From the NCBI GenBank assembly GCA_963674595.2, contig CAXXFV010000004.1, positions 32,001 to 96,000 of the forward strand: a stretch of 64,000 nucleotides of DNA. Direction: 5' to 3'. Below, piece after piece: positions 27,032 to 36,579 of the stretch. Position 1 is the stretch's first letter. Each line of letters begins with the position of its first letter. Position numbers and translations under genes: made by a program. The notes under the pieces are model-generated. The model was not told the origin of the DNA. It did not search any database and saw nothing but the letters and a program-made list of their open reading frames with translations. Origin of the DNA: a bacterium (GTDB lineage: Bacteria > Zhuqueibacterota > Zhuqueibacteria > Residuimicrobiales > Krinioviventaceae).

Positions 27032-28762
27032 TTATTCGTTTCTAGTCCACCAGGTGGTCCGTTTTAACGATTCGGGTGTAGGTGCCGGCCAAAATAAACT
27101 GGCCAACAAACCAACGAAAAGAACGGTCAAATTTCCAAAAACATTTATAACAAACGGATGAATACCGCTGGTAATGGAATAGGGTAACAGTTTTTTATTG
27201 ATCGAATTTTCCATAATTACAGAATGATATTCATCGGCATTTTCTGAACCTATGTTATCTTCCAGCTGATTTAAAAAGGGACTTTTACCCCGAATTTCAT
27301 TGTCCTTTAAAGATTCAAGTTTTAAAACAATATTTTCAGGCACGCCTTGCATTAAAAGAGTTTCAATTGTGGTGTCTGTTACTTTAAATGTAGCCAAATT
27401 ACTTGCCGTTAAATAAAGAATCACCAAAACTCCGGCAGCAACACCAATTTTGCCGCCTTGCTTATTGGCCCGTTTAAAAAAGAAACCCAATAAAAAGAAA
27501 CCTCCCAAACCGGCAGAAAACACGGCCCCAAGGAAAAAAGCCAGATCTAAAAAAGTTTTGGTATTCATTTGTGCCAGGCCGATTGCCGCAAAAATTCCCA
27601 GTCCACCCATAATAAAAGTAATAACACGAGCTGCATTCAAATAATGCTTATCTTCTTTATCTCTGACAAAAAATTTCTTATACCAATCAACTGTAACAAC
27701 CGTGGCTCCGGCATTCATACCGGAATCAATGGTAGACATGGCTGCCGCCATAACAGCCGCAACAACAAACCCGCCAATACCGGACGGTAATTGTGTTAAA
27801 ATAAAATGAGGAAAAACTTCATCCGGGCGTAATCCACTTTGCAGTAAATTTGGATAAACCTGATAAAACACCCAGATACATGTTCCGACAAACATAAACA
27901 ACACCCAGACAGGAATACATCCCAATCCAACAGTCAACACAGCCCTTTTTGCTTCAGTCTCTGAAGATGGGGCCGCATATCTTTGGATCTTGACCTGGTC
28001 TGTTGAAAATTCATGGACGTTTCCGATAATTCCTGTCAACGCAAACATCCAAAAGGTATCACGCGTTAAATCCCAATCCCATGAGGTTGTTATGTCAAAC
28101 TTGCCGGCGGCAGAAGCGGCGCTTAATACTTCAAACATACCACCTTTTACTTTAACGAAAACAATAATAATCGTTAACACACCGCCAAGCACTAAAAAAA
28201 CTGTTTGGATCACATCCGTCCAGATAACGGCTTCAAGTCCCCCCATCACAGTATAAATTGTAACCAAAATACCAACAATAACAATAATTGTTGATAATTC
28301 CCATCCTGTGAGGACCCGCACAGGTAAAGCCAGCAAAAACAAAACCGTCCCTATGCGAAAAACAGCATAAAGAATATAAACAAAGCTGGCATAAGTACGT
28401 CCCCAACCCCCAAAGCGGGCCTCAAAATACTCATAAGCGCTGACAAACCCACTTCTTCGATAAAACACAACAAAAAAGATAATGGCGATAACGGCGGCTA
28501 TCGGCAGCATAAATCCAGGTACCAGCCGACTCCAGTTCCCTTCAAATGCCGAACCGGGATAAGCCAAAAAAGTGACGGAACTTATTGCCGTTCCCAGTAA
28601 AGAGATGCCGACAGCCCATCCCGGCATGGCACGTCCGCCGACAAAATAATCTTCTGTGGCATTAATTTTTTTTGTTGTCCACAGCCCCAGTCCGATTAAA
28701 CCGGCGAAATAGATAATAATCGTTATTACATCACCGGCCCGAAAACTAAACTGATCTCCCAT
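27032..28762 (-). CDS. Sodium:solute symporter (SLC5/SSS, SiaT/NIS-like subgroup)
   Basis: DYFVGGRAMPGWAVGISLLGTAISSVTFLAYPG, SAYEYFEARFG, GGLEAVIWTDVIQ, DQVKIQRY, AAAMSTIDS. Confidence 0.93.
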   Translation of the reverse strand: MGDQFSFRAGDVITIIIYFAGLIGLGLWTTKKINATEDYFVGGRAMPGWAVGISLLGTAISSVTFLAYPGSAFEGNWSRLVPGFMLPIAAVIAIIFFVVFYRRSGFVSAYEYFEARFGGWGRTYASFVYILYAVFRIGTVLFLLALPVRVLTGWELSTIIVIVGILVTIYTVMGGLEAVIWTDVIQTVFLVLGGVLTIIIVFVKVKGGMFEVLSAASAAGKFDITTSWDWDLTRDTFWMFALTGIIGNVHEFSTDQVKIQRYAAPSSETEAKRAVLTVGLGCIPVWVLFMFVGTCIWVFYQVYPNLLQSGLRPDEVFPHFILTQLPSGIGGFVVAAVMAAAMSTIDSGMNAGATVVTVDWYKKFFVRDKEDKHYLNAARVITFIMGGLGIFAAIGLAQMNTKTFLDLAFFLGAVFSAGLGGFFLLGFFFKRANKQGGKIGVAAGVLVILYLTASNLATFKVTDTTIETLLMQGVPENIVLKLESLKDNEIRGKSPFLNQLEDNIGSENADEYHSVIMENSINKKLLPYSITSGIHPFVINVFGNLTVLFVGLLASLFWPAPTPESLKRTTWWTRNE

Positions 28763-28795
28763 TTAAAAAACCTCTCTTCTTGTAGCCTCAATTTT

Positions 28796-31700
28796 TTATA
28801 TTACCTGCAATTTTAGTGTTTTTATTTCATAGGGATTAATCTGAAACCAAAAACTCTGGTCATTAAATTCTACAGGACCTGTTTCCTCCTCCATCAAATT
28901 ACATTCAATAACCCTGATGATATTTTTAAAACAGTTGATCTTTACCTTTCCCCGTTTGTTATATGTTTCATAAACTCGTATAATAATATTATTATCATCT
29001 TCTGCTTTTTTTATAGTATCAATTATCACATGATCTGTATCAATTTGAAAAAACGAAAAATCTGTAATAGACGGTGTAGCAACGAACTTGACACATTTAA
29101 TTTCATCATTAAATTCATAGGCCATTTTGACAATATGGCCGTCTTTCCAGGAGCCGGTATGAGGCACAAGTGAATAATTAAAATAATGAATACCTATATC
29201 CGCATTGGGGTCGGGAGCGATGCCGGACTTGATCAACGTCAGCCGAATAGTATTTTCATGAATGTCATAACCGTATTTGCAGTCATTTAACAGACTGACG
29301 CCGTATCCTTCCTCTGAAAGGTCCGCCCATTTTTGTGCCGGTACTTCGAATCGGCCATAATCCCAGTTTGTGTTTTTATGGGTGGGACGTTCAATCGTAC
29401 CGAAGGGTATTTCATAAACCGCTTTATTCGAATGAATATCAACCGGAAAAGCAACCTTTAACAAAGTTTGGTGCTGGTTCCAGTTGACAATGGTTTCAAA
29501 ATCAATTCTGGGAATTTTATCATAAATATAAATTCGCTGCGTTATGGTTGAATTTAAAAACGTTCGTTTTACCAGAATTCCGGCACGTACGGGGCCTTCT
29601 TCAATCACTTTGATTTTTGTCAGGTTTAAAATTTCCTGATGTTTTTCATCGTAAAAAATATCAATGTCCCAGGCATTGTTTCGCGCCGGTCTGTCTTCAA
29701 AAAGCTGAAAAACATTGCCGGATTTGCCTGTCTGCAAAACCTGCCGATTTATTCTTTTATCAAAAATTGACGTTATGTTGCCGAAATTATCCAACTGAAT
29801 TTCAAAAAACCGGTTCTCCATTAAATGCTGGGAAATTTTTAAACTTGACAGAGTATCTTTTTTCGTTCCATTTTTTATATAAAATGATTGTATTCCCATA
29901 GCTGGCAGGGACGAAGTATAAAAATAGAAGGTATTTGCATATTTGTCAAATTGCACCGGCAATGAATTACCGGATGTGTCGGTAATATGAAAATCCTCAT
30001 CCTGATTTTCAAACATCGGACACCTAACGATGGCAGCACGGTCCCAGCATAATGAATTAAATGCTGTTAAAACTGTTTTATCAGAAACATGACCTGCTTT
30101 TAAACGCACAATATCCTGCTGCGCTTTTTGTAAAATTTCCTGGCCCTTTGAAAAAATTTGGTTATAGTCAGCATCACAATCTTTATAAACCTGAGGAATT
30201 GATGATCCGGGAAGAATATCATGGAACTGATTAAGCAGCACCAGTTCCCATAAATTATTGATCTCCTGAGGATATTCCACACCGTTTAACAAATTAATAG
30301 CACTGAAAAGCTCTATCTGCCTTAACAACAGTTCAGCTTTACGGTTGGCACGTTTAACAGCGGCCTGGGACGTATAACAGCCCCGGTGAAACTGTAAATA
30401 CAATTCCTCGTTCCATACCGGAAAATTCCCGGCGTTTTCTTCCAGAACATTAAAAAACTCTCTGACAGTCGTATTTTTTTGCTGCGGCAAACATTGAATG
30501 GCTTTTAAACGACGGCTGTTTTCCATCATTTCGGGTACCGGACCACCACCGCCGTCTCCCCACCCGTAGGACATGAGCACATTGTCATTTTGCTGTTTTT
30601 GCCGGTAATTTTCCCAGCAGTTATTCAAATTGTCGGCGCTCAAATCAACGCTGTAATCATTCCATCCACGCGGATCAGGTGTGGTGATAAAATGTGTTAA
30701 TATACGCGAACCATCCACGCCCTGCCACCAAAACGTGTCATAGGGAATTTTTATAAACTGACTCCAGCTCAACTTTGTCGTCATAAAATATTTTATGCCG
30801 GATTTCAGCATAATTTGTGGTAAGGAGTAACAAAAACCGAATGCATCCGGGATCCACATGATTTTGGAATCGATGCCAAACTCTTTTTTAAAATATCGTT
30901 TTCCGAATAAAAACTGGCGAACAAGAGACTCTCCGGACGGTAAATTACAGTCCGGTTCAACCCACATTCCCCCTTCTGCTTCCCACTGCCCGGTTGCTAC
31001 TTTTTTCCTGATTTGATCAAAAATATAGGGATACTGCTGCTGTACGTATTTATAAAGCTGGGGCTGACTCTGGATAAATCGATACTCCGGATAAAGCGAC
31101 ATCAAACGCAAGGCATTTGCAAAAGTACGGGCTGCTTTTTTCTTACTGTGTTTGATCTGCCACATCCAGGCGATATCAATATGGGCATGACCTGTACAAA
31201 AAACAGTCGGCCGATGCAACGTCTTGATGTTTGTTTCAAACACTTTATTTTCGACATATTGGATTGCCTGATCGACAGAGTCTATAAAGACACTATTGCC
31301 TTCGTTTAAAAAATCTACAATTTTCAATGTTTCACGTAATACATTCAACAAAAATGAGTGCTGCGGATTTTCCGGCCGGCAAATTAAAATGGAATCGTAA
31401 ATATTTTTACAATGATAATATAATTTTTCAACATTTTCCCGGACCGCAACCAAATCCACCTGTTCAAAAATATGCTGGTGTTGTTCCAGACCGCTAAAGG
31501 CTTCAACAGCCAGAACATTATGTTCCTCAAGATTATCAATGTCCCATAATGGAATAACATTTCTGCGAACATCAATACTTTGTAATGGCAGGCTGTTTAA
31601 ATAGACCAGCAATTCATATTCCCGTAGATCCCCGCCCTCACTGCTTTTGAAAAAGAAGCGTTTTCCCGGTTGAAGTATTACAGCCGGTTTTCCCGGCATT

Positions 31701-31942
31701 TTATCAGGAATATTGAAACGAATTCGAAACCAACAGGTTTTGTCCTCACCACCCCAGGATTTACCAACAGAAAACGTCTTCCACTGGCTGTCATCATAAT
31801 CAATAGCTTCAGCGCTGTATGTGTTCTCCGGTGAAATGCGAATGTCCGTTAAAGGAGTCTGAACAGTATATATATGCGCTTTTAAACTGTTGATTTTTTT
31901 AGCAATATAATCCAATTCAAGTTTTTTATAGGTATCATCCAT
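28796..31942 (-). CDS. Glycoside hydrolase family 38 (alpha-mannosidase-like), cytoplasmic
   Basis: GHAHIDIAW, GGMWVEPD, nucleophile motif WIPDAFG, ELYLQFHRGCYTSQ, NQFHDILPGSS. No signal peptide. Confidence 0.95.
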   Translation of the reverse strand: MDDTYKKLELDYIAKKINSLKAHIYTVQTPLTDIRISPENTYSAEAIDYDDSQWKTFSVGKSWGGEDKTCWFRIRFNIPDKMPGKPAVILQPGKRFFFKSSEGGDLREYELLVYLNSLPLQSIDVRRNVIPLWDIDNLEEHNVLAVEAFSGLEQHQHIFEQVDLVAVRENVEKLYYHCKNIYDSILICRPENPQHSFLLNVLRETLKIVDFLNEGNSVFIDSVDQAIQYVENKVFETNIKTLHRPTVFCTGHAHIDIAWMWQIKHSKKKAARTFANALRLMSLYPEYRFIQSQPQLYKYVQQQYPYIFDQIRKKVATGQWEAEGGMWVEPDCNLPSGESLVRQFLFGKRYFKKEFGIDSKIMWIPDAFGFCYSLPQIMLKSGIKYFMTTKLSWSQFIKIPYDTFWWQGVDGSRILTHFITTPDPRGWNDYSVDLSADNLNNCWENYRQKQQNDNVLMSYGWGDGGGGPVPEMMENSRRLKAIQCLPQQKNTTVREFFNVLEENAGNFPVWNEELYLQFHRGCYTSQAAVKRANRKAELLLRQIELFSAINLLNGVEYPQEINNLWELVLLNQFHDILPGSSIPQVYKDCDADYNQIFSKGQEILQKAQQDIVRLKAGHVSDKTVLTAFNSLCWDRAAIVRCPMFENQDEDFHITDTSGNSLPVQFDKYANTFYFYTSSLPAMGIQSFYIKNGTKKDTLSSLKISQHLMENRFFEIQLDNFGNITSIFDKRINRQVLQTGKSGNVFQLFEDRPARNNAWDIDIFYDEKHQEILNLTKIKVIEEGPVRAGILVKRTFLNSTITQRIYIYDKIPRIDFETIVNWNQHQTLLKVAFPVDIHSNKAVYEIPFGTIERPTHKNTNWDYGRFEVPAQKWADLSEEGYGVSLLNDCKYGYDIHENTIRLTLIKSGIAPDPNADIGIHYFNYSLVPHTGSWKDGHIVKMAYEFNDEIKCVKFVATPSITDFSFFQIDTDHVIIDTIKKAEDDNNIIIRVYETYNKRGKVKINCFKNIIRVIECNLMEEETGPVEFNDQSFWFQINPYEIKTLKLQVI

Positions 31943-31956
31943 GACGATTTTCCTAT

Positions 31957-33141
31957 TTAATACAACTTGTTTTTTTCAATCGGACGGATATTATCAACAA
32001 TCCATTTCCGCATTTCCTGTCCTTCATCTGTGTTCTGTGGGAAACTCAAAAAGTCAAGTTCAATACCGAGCTTTTCCTCAAGCTGAACAGCAATAACCGG
32101 CCAGACAATCCCGATATCCGCAACAATGGGAATGCTGTTTTCAAGCCGGGCAAAACCGGACATTTCCATTCGAAAGGGAATGTCCATTATTTTTGTTTTT
32201 GGCAGTCCCTTATCAATGGCCTCCTGAACGGTACTGGAATTCTTTTCAAAGTCCCAGGCTTTTTTCAGATTGGGGTCCAGATCGATACGGACCAGTGTTT
32301 TATTTTTCAAACTAAACGTAGGATGGCCTCCCCATTTTGACCATATACCATGGCCGGTGTATAACTCAAACGGTCCGTCGTGTATTTCCTGCGTAAGCGC
32401 AACAGCCGATTCAATAATTACATCCGCGCCGGAAAGCATTTCAGCAATACGTGTTGAACGTTCAATAATTGAAATAGAATCTCCGATGGCAATTCCCACC
32501 ATGCCGCCGCCAACCAGTTGCGGGATGGTCACTAAAACCGGCACCTCCTTTTGAAAACCTGCGCCGATCATTGTCCTGGGATCAGCCCCGGCGCCTGCCA
32601 CCGTTTCAAAAGGCAGTCCCTTACTTTTTGCCAGAAATAATATATCTTTGGCCAGGTTTTCCGTACGTAATCCCATGGGATAGGCCATGTTACCGGCCGC
32701 TTTGATAATAACCTGCCCCTCTTTTGAACCGAGTATTGTTTTTATTAATTGTTTATCAAGAAGCATTTCCTGTTCAAATTCGAATATCAATTCCGGTGAC
32801 AGACAGGTCACTTCAAAAATATCTCCCCGGGGTAGCATAGATGGATCGATGCCGAATGATTTTCCGTCAACGCGTTTTACTTCATCGAGAACTCCGGCCA
32901 TCTCATGGGCAATAACAGCCGAACTGGTCGTAATGCCGTCAATAACTCCCTTATGAATCAATTGGGCCAACAGCGTTGTCACGCCTTCATGTAAATTCGG
33001 ACCGCTGCCGGTAATGACAACAACTTTGCCGCCTTTATGCTTGGCTTTGGTAATATCAGAAACTGTTTTCTGAATGGAATCTCTCGTCTCTTTGGAGAGC
33101 TGGTTAAACAACTGTTTAATTTTTTCTCTGTCAGCCGGCAT
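31957..33141 (-). CDS. Hypothetical protein with probable deoxyhypusine-synthase-like NAD-binding fold
   Basis: KVVVITGSGPNLHEGVTTLLAQLIHKGVIDGITTSSAVIAHEM, AGFQKEVPVLV and IVADIGIVWPVI parallel the DHS-fold pattern. The fold call is from recalled pattern, not a search. Confidence 0.55.
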   Translation of the reverse strand: MPADREKIKQLFNQLSKETRDSIQKTVSDITKAKHKGGKVVVITGSGPNLHEGVTTLLAQLIHKGVIDGITTSSAVIAHEMAGVLDEVKRVDGKSFGIDPSMLPRGDIFEVTCLSPELIFEFEQEMLLDKQLIKTILGSKEGQVIIKAAGNMAYPMGLRTENLAKDILFLAKSKGLPFETVAGAGADPRTMIGAGFQKEVPVLVTIPQLVGGGMVGIAIGDSISIIERSTRIAEMLSGADVIIESAVALTQEIHDGPFELYTGHGIWSKWGGHPTFSLKNKTLVRIDLDPNLKKAWDFEKNSSTVQEAIDKGLPKTKIMDIPFRMEMSGFARLENSIPIVADIGIVWPVIAVQLEEKLGIELDFLSFPQNTDEGQEMRKWIVDNIRPIEKNKLY

Positions 33142-33160
33142 TTTTTTACCTCATGAAATT

Positions 33161-33904
33161 TTACAATTTAATGGCTCCGGATTTAATTAACTTTTCTACT
33201 TTCTCAAGTTCTTCCGGTGTATCAACACTGACGCCCGCAGCACGATCACTTTTGGTTTCAACAACATAAATTTTATACCCGTTTTCCAGAACTCGTAATT
33301 GTTCCAGAGATTCCAGTTTTTCCAGACAGGTTTGTGGAAGGGTTGAAAGCTTTTGCAGGAATGTCTTTCTGTAAACATAAAGTCCGATATGTTCAAAAAC
33401 ACGCAAGCCCTGATCATGCCGGGGATATGGAATAAGCGATCTGGAAAAATAGAGCGCAAAATTGTTTATATCCACAACAACCTTGACCACAGCCGGATCG
33501 TGAAAATCCTGGGATTTTATCTCTGTTTTAAGGGTGGACATTTCAATTTCAGGATGATCAAGCAACGGCTGAACGGCTTCGTCGACCATTAGAGGATCAA
33601 AAACCGGCTGGTCACCCTGTATATTAACGACAATGTCGGCATCCATATCGGCAACAGTTTCGGCAATACGGTCCGTACCCGATTGATGGTGCGTTCCGGT
33701 CATAATGGCTTTACCGCCAAAATCATTGATAACTTTTTTAACACGCGGATCGTCAACCGCTACCACCAGTTCGTCCAGTAAAACCGATTTACTCGCCTGT
33801 TCATACACCCATTGGATCATTGGTTTATTTAAAATTTGTGCCAGCACTTTGCCCTCAAAACGGGAAGATCCATAACGTGCAGGAATAACACCAACAACTT
33901 TCAT
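33161..33904 (-). CDS. kdsB: 3-deoxy-manno-octulosonate cytidylyltransferase (CMP-Kdo synthetase)
   Basis: IPARYGSSRFEGK, HQSGTDR, VNIQGDQP, ALYFSRS.IP, HIGLYVYR, LE..E.LEQLR, SVDT. ATG at 33904 has a GGAG SD. Confidence 0.93.
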   Translation of the reverse strand: MKVVGVIPARYGSSRFEGKVLAQILNKPMIQWVYEQASKSVLLDELVVAVDDPRVKKVINDFGGKAIMTGTHHQSGTDRIAETVADMDADIVVNIQGDQPVFDPLMVDEAVQPLLDHPEIEMSTLKTEIKSQDFHDPAVVKVVVDINNFALYFSRSLIPYPRHDQGLRVFEHIGLYVYRKTFLQKLSTLPQTCLEKLESLEQLRVLENGYKIYVVETKSDRAAGVSVDTPEELEKVEKLIKSGAIKL

Positions 33905-33984
33905 ATTATCTCCGAATTTCAATATTATTGCTTTTTTTAAATTTACACAATTCTATGAAATTATAAAGTAATTTCTAAAAAATT

Positions 33985-36558
33985 TTACTGCGCCGAATCA
34001 ACTTCCCTGTGAAAATCAATTCGATGCGCTTCACCACGTTCCGCATAATGCGTGATACCTTCGCGTTTAACGATTTTATTAAACTGTTCATAGGTACCGT
34101 CATATTTGGAACGGACCGGATTCCGTTTGCATTTTAAATAAAGCAGCGGTAACCGGGCCATTTCAACCCTGTGTAAAAGCGTATCATTTTTTGCAACTTT
34201 TTGTGCTTTGTCAAATATTTTATCAGCCTGACAAATAAAATCATCAGAAAAAATTAAATCATCCGGACGAAGGCCGAGATGTATATGGGTATCCGGCGTT
34301 ACCTGGTCGTGGAGCAGATCAAAATATTGCCGCACAAATTGACCGCTGCGACCATAATAGCCGTACATAAAATCATTAATAACGGCCTGCATATCACAGT
34401 ATGGGTTCCATAATAATTTTGAAATCACATAGGCCCGCAATTCGGCAAATTCACCACCGCGACTCTGATAAGCGGCCTGTTCCATAATACCTATGGCTTT
34501 ATTTTGAGCAAGTGTTTGAATATTGGGCTGCAACACGTAAAAATTCGGATAGGGCTGAATATAGTGACTGAAATTTACAACATAATCCCAAATGTAAAGA
34601 TGCGGAGAAATCTCGGCCCAGCCCTTTAAATCCTCCATAAAGGATTTGTTTTCCGGACAATGTTGAAAATCATGAGCAAAACAACACTCTATACTACAAA
34701 GCCGAATCACAACATTATGCCGGGGCTTTATTGTTTTACACGGCTTGCGGGTATATTGATAGGCCAGAGTTCCGACAAATTTATCAGGGAATTCCTTTTC
34801 AATAGCTTCAGCGACTTTATTGACAAACCAGATTAACGGTCCGGATTCACTTTCTTCCTGCTGTGCCAACGCCTGACATTTTTCACACTGACAAGGATTT
34901 CTCCAGTCGTTTTGAGAAACCGAATAGATCAAATTGTCAGGATATTTTCTCATCGTGTCTTTTAATCGTTCCGTAATAATACTCAAAACATCCGGATTCG
35001 TTAAACATAACTGGGCATGGTCCCAGGTCCGTTTTCCGTTTACCAAACTAAAATATTCCGGATGCGAACCGAAAAATTCCTCCGGCGGCATAAACCGATA
35101 AAATGTATGTACCGCCCAATAGGCTTCAACCCCGCCGGGCTGTATTCTTGTATTCATGGAACCGTTCATTTTGTTTCGTGCCGCCCAAACCGGATTAAAC
35201 GCTTCGTAATAAAAATCATTGCGTACCCGCACGCCGGGCGATTCGGAATGGTTCAAATAATCAAACGAATATAAACTCTGTTCCGGGATTGACTCCACTA
35301 TGGGTGCATACCAGCGACAGCCTAACTCGTTTTCCAGAAAGGCCATAACGCCGTACATGGTTCCCCGTTGTTTGCCGCCCCATATTAAAATATTCGGCCC
35401 CACGTTTTTATAAGTAAAGGACTCGTCCAGAATATCCGGTTCTTTGACGGCATCACCTAAAAGGCTGCGGGTTGTTTGGTTAAATCCAACCACGATTTTA
35501 GGGGTACCAGTCTTTTCATGTGCAAAACAGACCGGGAAATCAGCGCCGCTGATTTTTTTCAAATAATTTTGCAGTTCGTTGGCAGCCCACTGTTCCGACC
35601 CGGAGGCGTTATCACCAATAACAATCACATAATCCGTTTGCTGGTTTTGGAACAAGGTATAAACCGTACGTTTACCGCTGCAAAATTTGTGGGTTTCTAT
35701 CCACTTTTTCCCATCCGCTAATTCGGATTCGATTTTCAGTATATATTTTTCGAATGGATCAAAATCATTGAGTATCGGCATCTGCGCACTGTTGTCCCAG
35801 GTGCCGGTCCATATCATATTGTCCGGATCATTTTGCAGGGAAACAGACAGGGTTACTTTTTTTAAAATCGTACCTGCCATTGCAACGGGATGTTTAAACA
35901 CCAGAAAAGACTTTCCCTGTTGGTTCGTTTTAACCGAAAACAAACCTGTCTGCCGGGCCAGAGAAGTTGAGTCAAACGGTTTAAAACGCATACAAAAGCC
36001 CCATGAACCGCCGCGTTCTTCCACCTTTAACAAAATTGTATTAACGCCTTTGTGCAAACGGACCGGTATCATATCATCATCCGGCACCAGACCACGTGGT
36101 TCAGGATTGTCCCAAATAACTTGACCGTTTAACCACAGCCTTCCGCCGTCATTTGTCCCCAAAGAGAGTAAACAAACCTTGTCATTGTCCATATCAATTT
36201 CGCAATAGGCATAGGCCAGCACATTTTCTTTGCCGGAAACAGATTTATCAAGATCAACGAGAGAGTCCTGACCGGCAAAGGTTGTCCATTTTAAATCCAT
36301 TACATTGGCCTGAAAAACCAAATCCTCATGAATTTGGGGATTTTCCTCACCACCGATACTTTTTAAATAGTCCACCTCAAAACCATTTAAATGCGCCAGT
36401 TCGGATGCCTGTCCCGGAACAACGGAACATTCAACCGGTCCGCACAACAGCCAGTCCGTTATCCATTTATTATCTTCAAGAGGTTTCGCCAGACTGTTTG
36501 AAAATCCAAATATAATACAAAAAAACAAAGACAGGACGAAATATACAGCTTTATTCAT
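33985..36558 (-). CDS. Secreted DUF4838-domain protein with an N-terminal jelly-roll module and a GH20/GH67-like domain 2 (putative glycosidase)
   Basis: Signal peptide, WLLCGP...NDGGRLWLNG...LHKGVNTILLKV, AANELQNYLKKISG, RGTMYGV, HPEYFSL..GKR, QLCLTNP, NDW..PCQC..C, YIWDY. GGAGG SD. Confidence 0.8.
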   Translation of the reverse strand: MNKAVYFVLSLFFCIIFGFSNSLAKPLEDNKWITDWLLCGPVECSVVPGQASELAHLNGFEVDYLKSIGGEENPQIHEDLVFQANVMDLKWTTFAGQDSLVDLDKSVSGKENVLAYAYCEIDMDNDKVCLLSLGTNDGGRLWLNGQVIWDNPEPRGLVPDDDMIPVRLHKGVNTILLKVEERGGSWGFCMRFKPFDSTSLARQTGLFSVKTNQQGKSFLVFKHPVAMAGTILKKVTLSVSLQNDPDNMIWTGTWDNSAQMPILNDFDPFEKYILKIESELADGKKWIETHKFCSGKRTVYTLFQNQQTDYVIVIGDNASGSEQWAANELQNYLKKISGADFPVCFAHEKTGTPKIVVGFNQTTRSLLGDAVKEPDILDESFTYKNVGPNILIWGGKQRGTMYGVMAFLENELGCRWYAPIVESIPEQSLYSFDYLNHSESPGVRVRNDFYYEAFNPVWAARNKMNGSMNTRIQPGGVEAYWAVHTFYRFMPPEEFFGSHPEYFSLVNGKRTWDHAQLCLTNPDVLSIITERLKDTMRKYPDNLIYSVSQNDWRNPCQCEKCQALAQQEESESGPLIWFVNKVAEAIEKEFPDKFVGTLAYQYTRKPCKTIKPRHNVVIRLCSIECCFAHDFQHCPENKSFMEDLKGWAEISPHLYIWDYVVNFSHYIQPYPNFYVLQPNIQTLAQNKAIGIMEQAAYQSRGGEFAELRAYVISKLLWNPYCDMQAVINDFMYGYYGRSGQFVRQYFDLLHDQVTPDTHIHLGLRPDDLIFSDDFICQADKIFDKAQKVAKNDTLLHRVEMARLPLLYLKCKRNPVRSKYDGTYEQFNKIVKREGITHYAERGEAHRIDFHREVDSAQ

Positions 36559-36579
36559 CACATTGTCCTCCTGCAAAAT

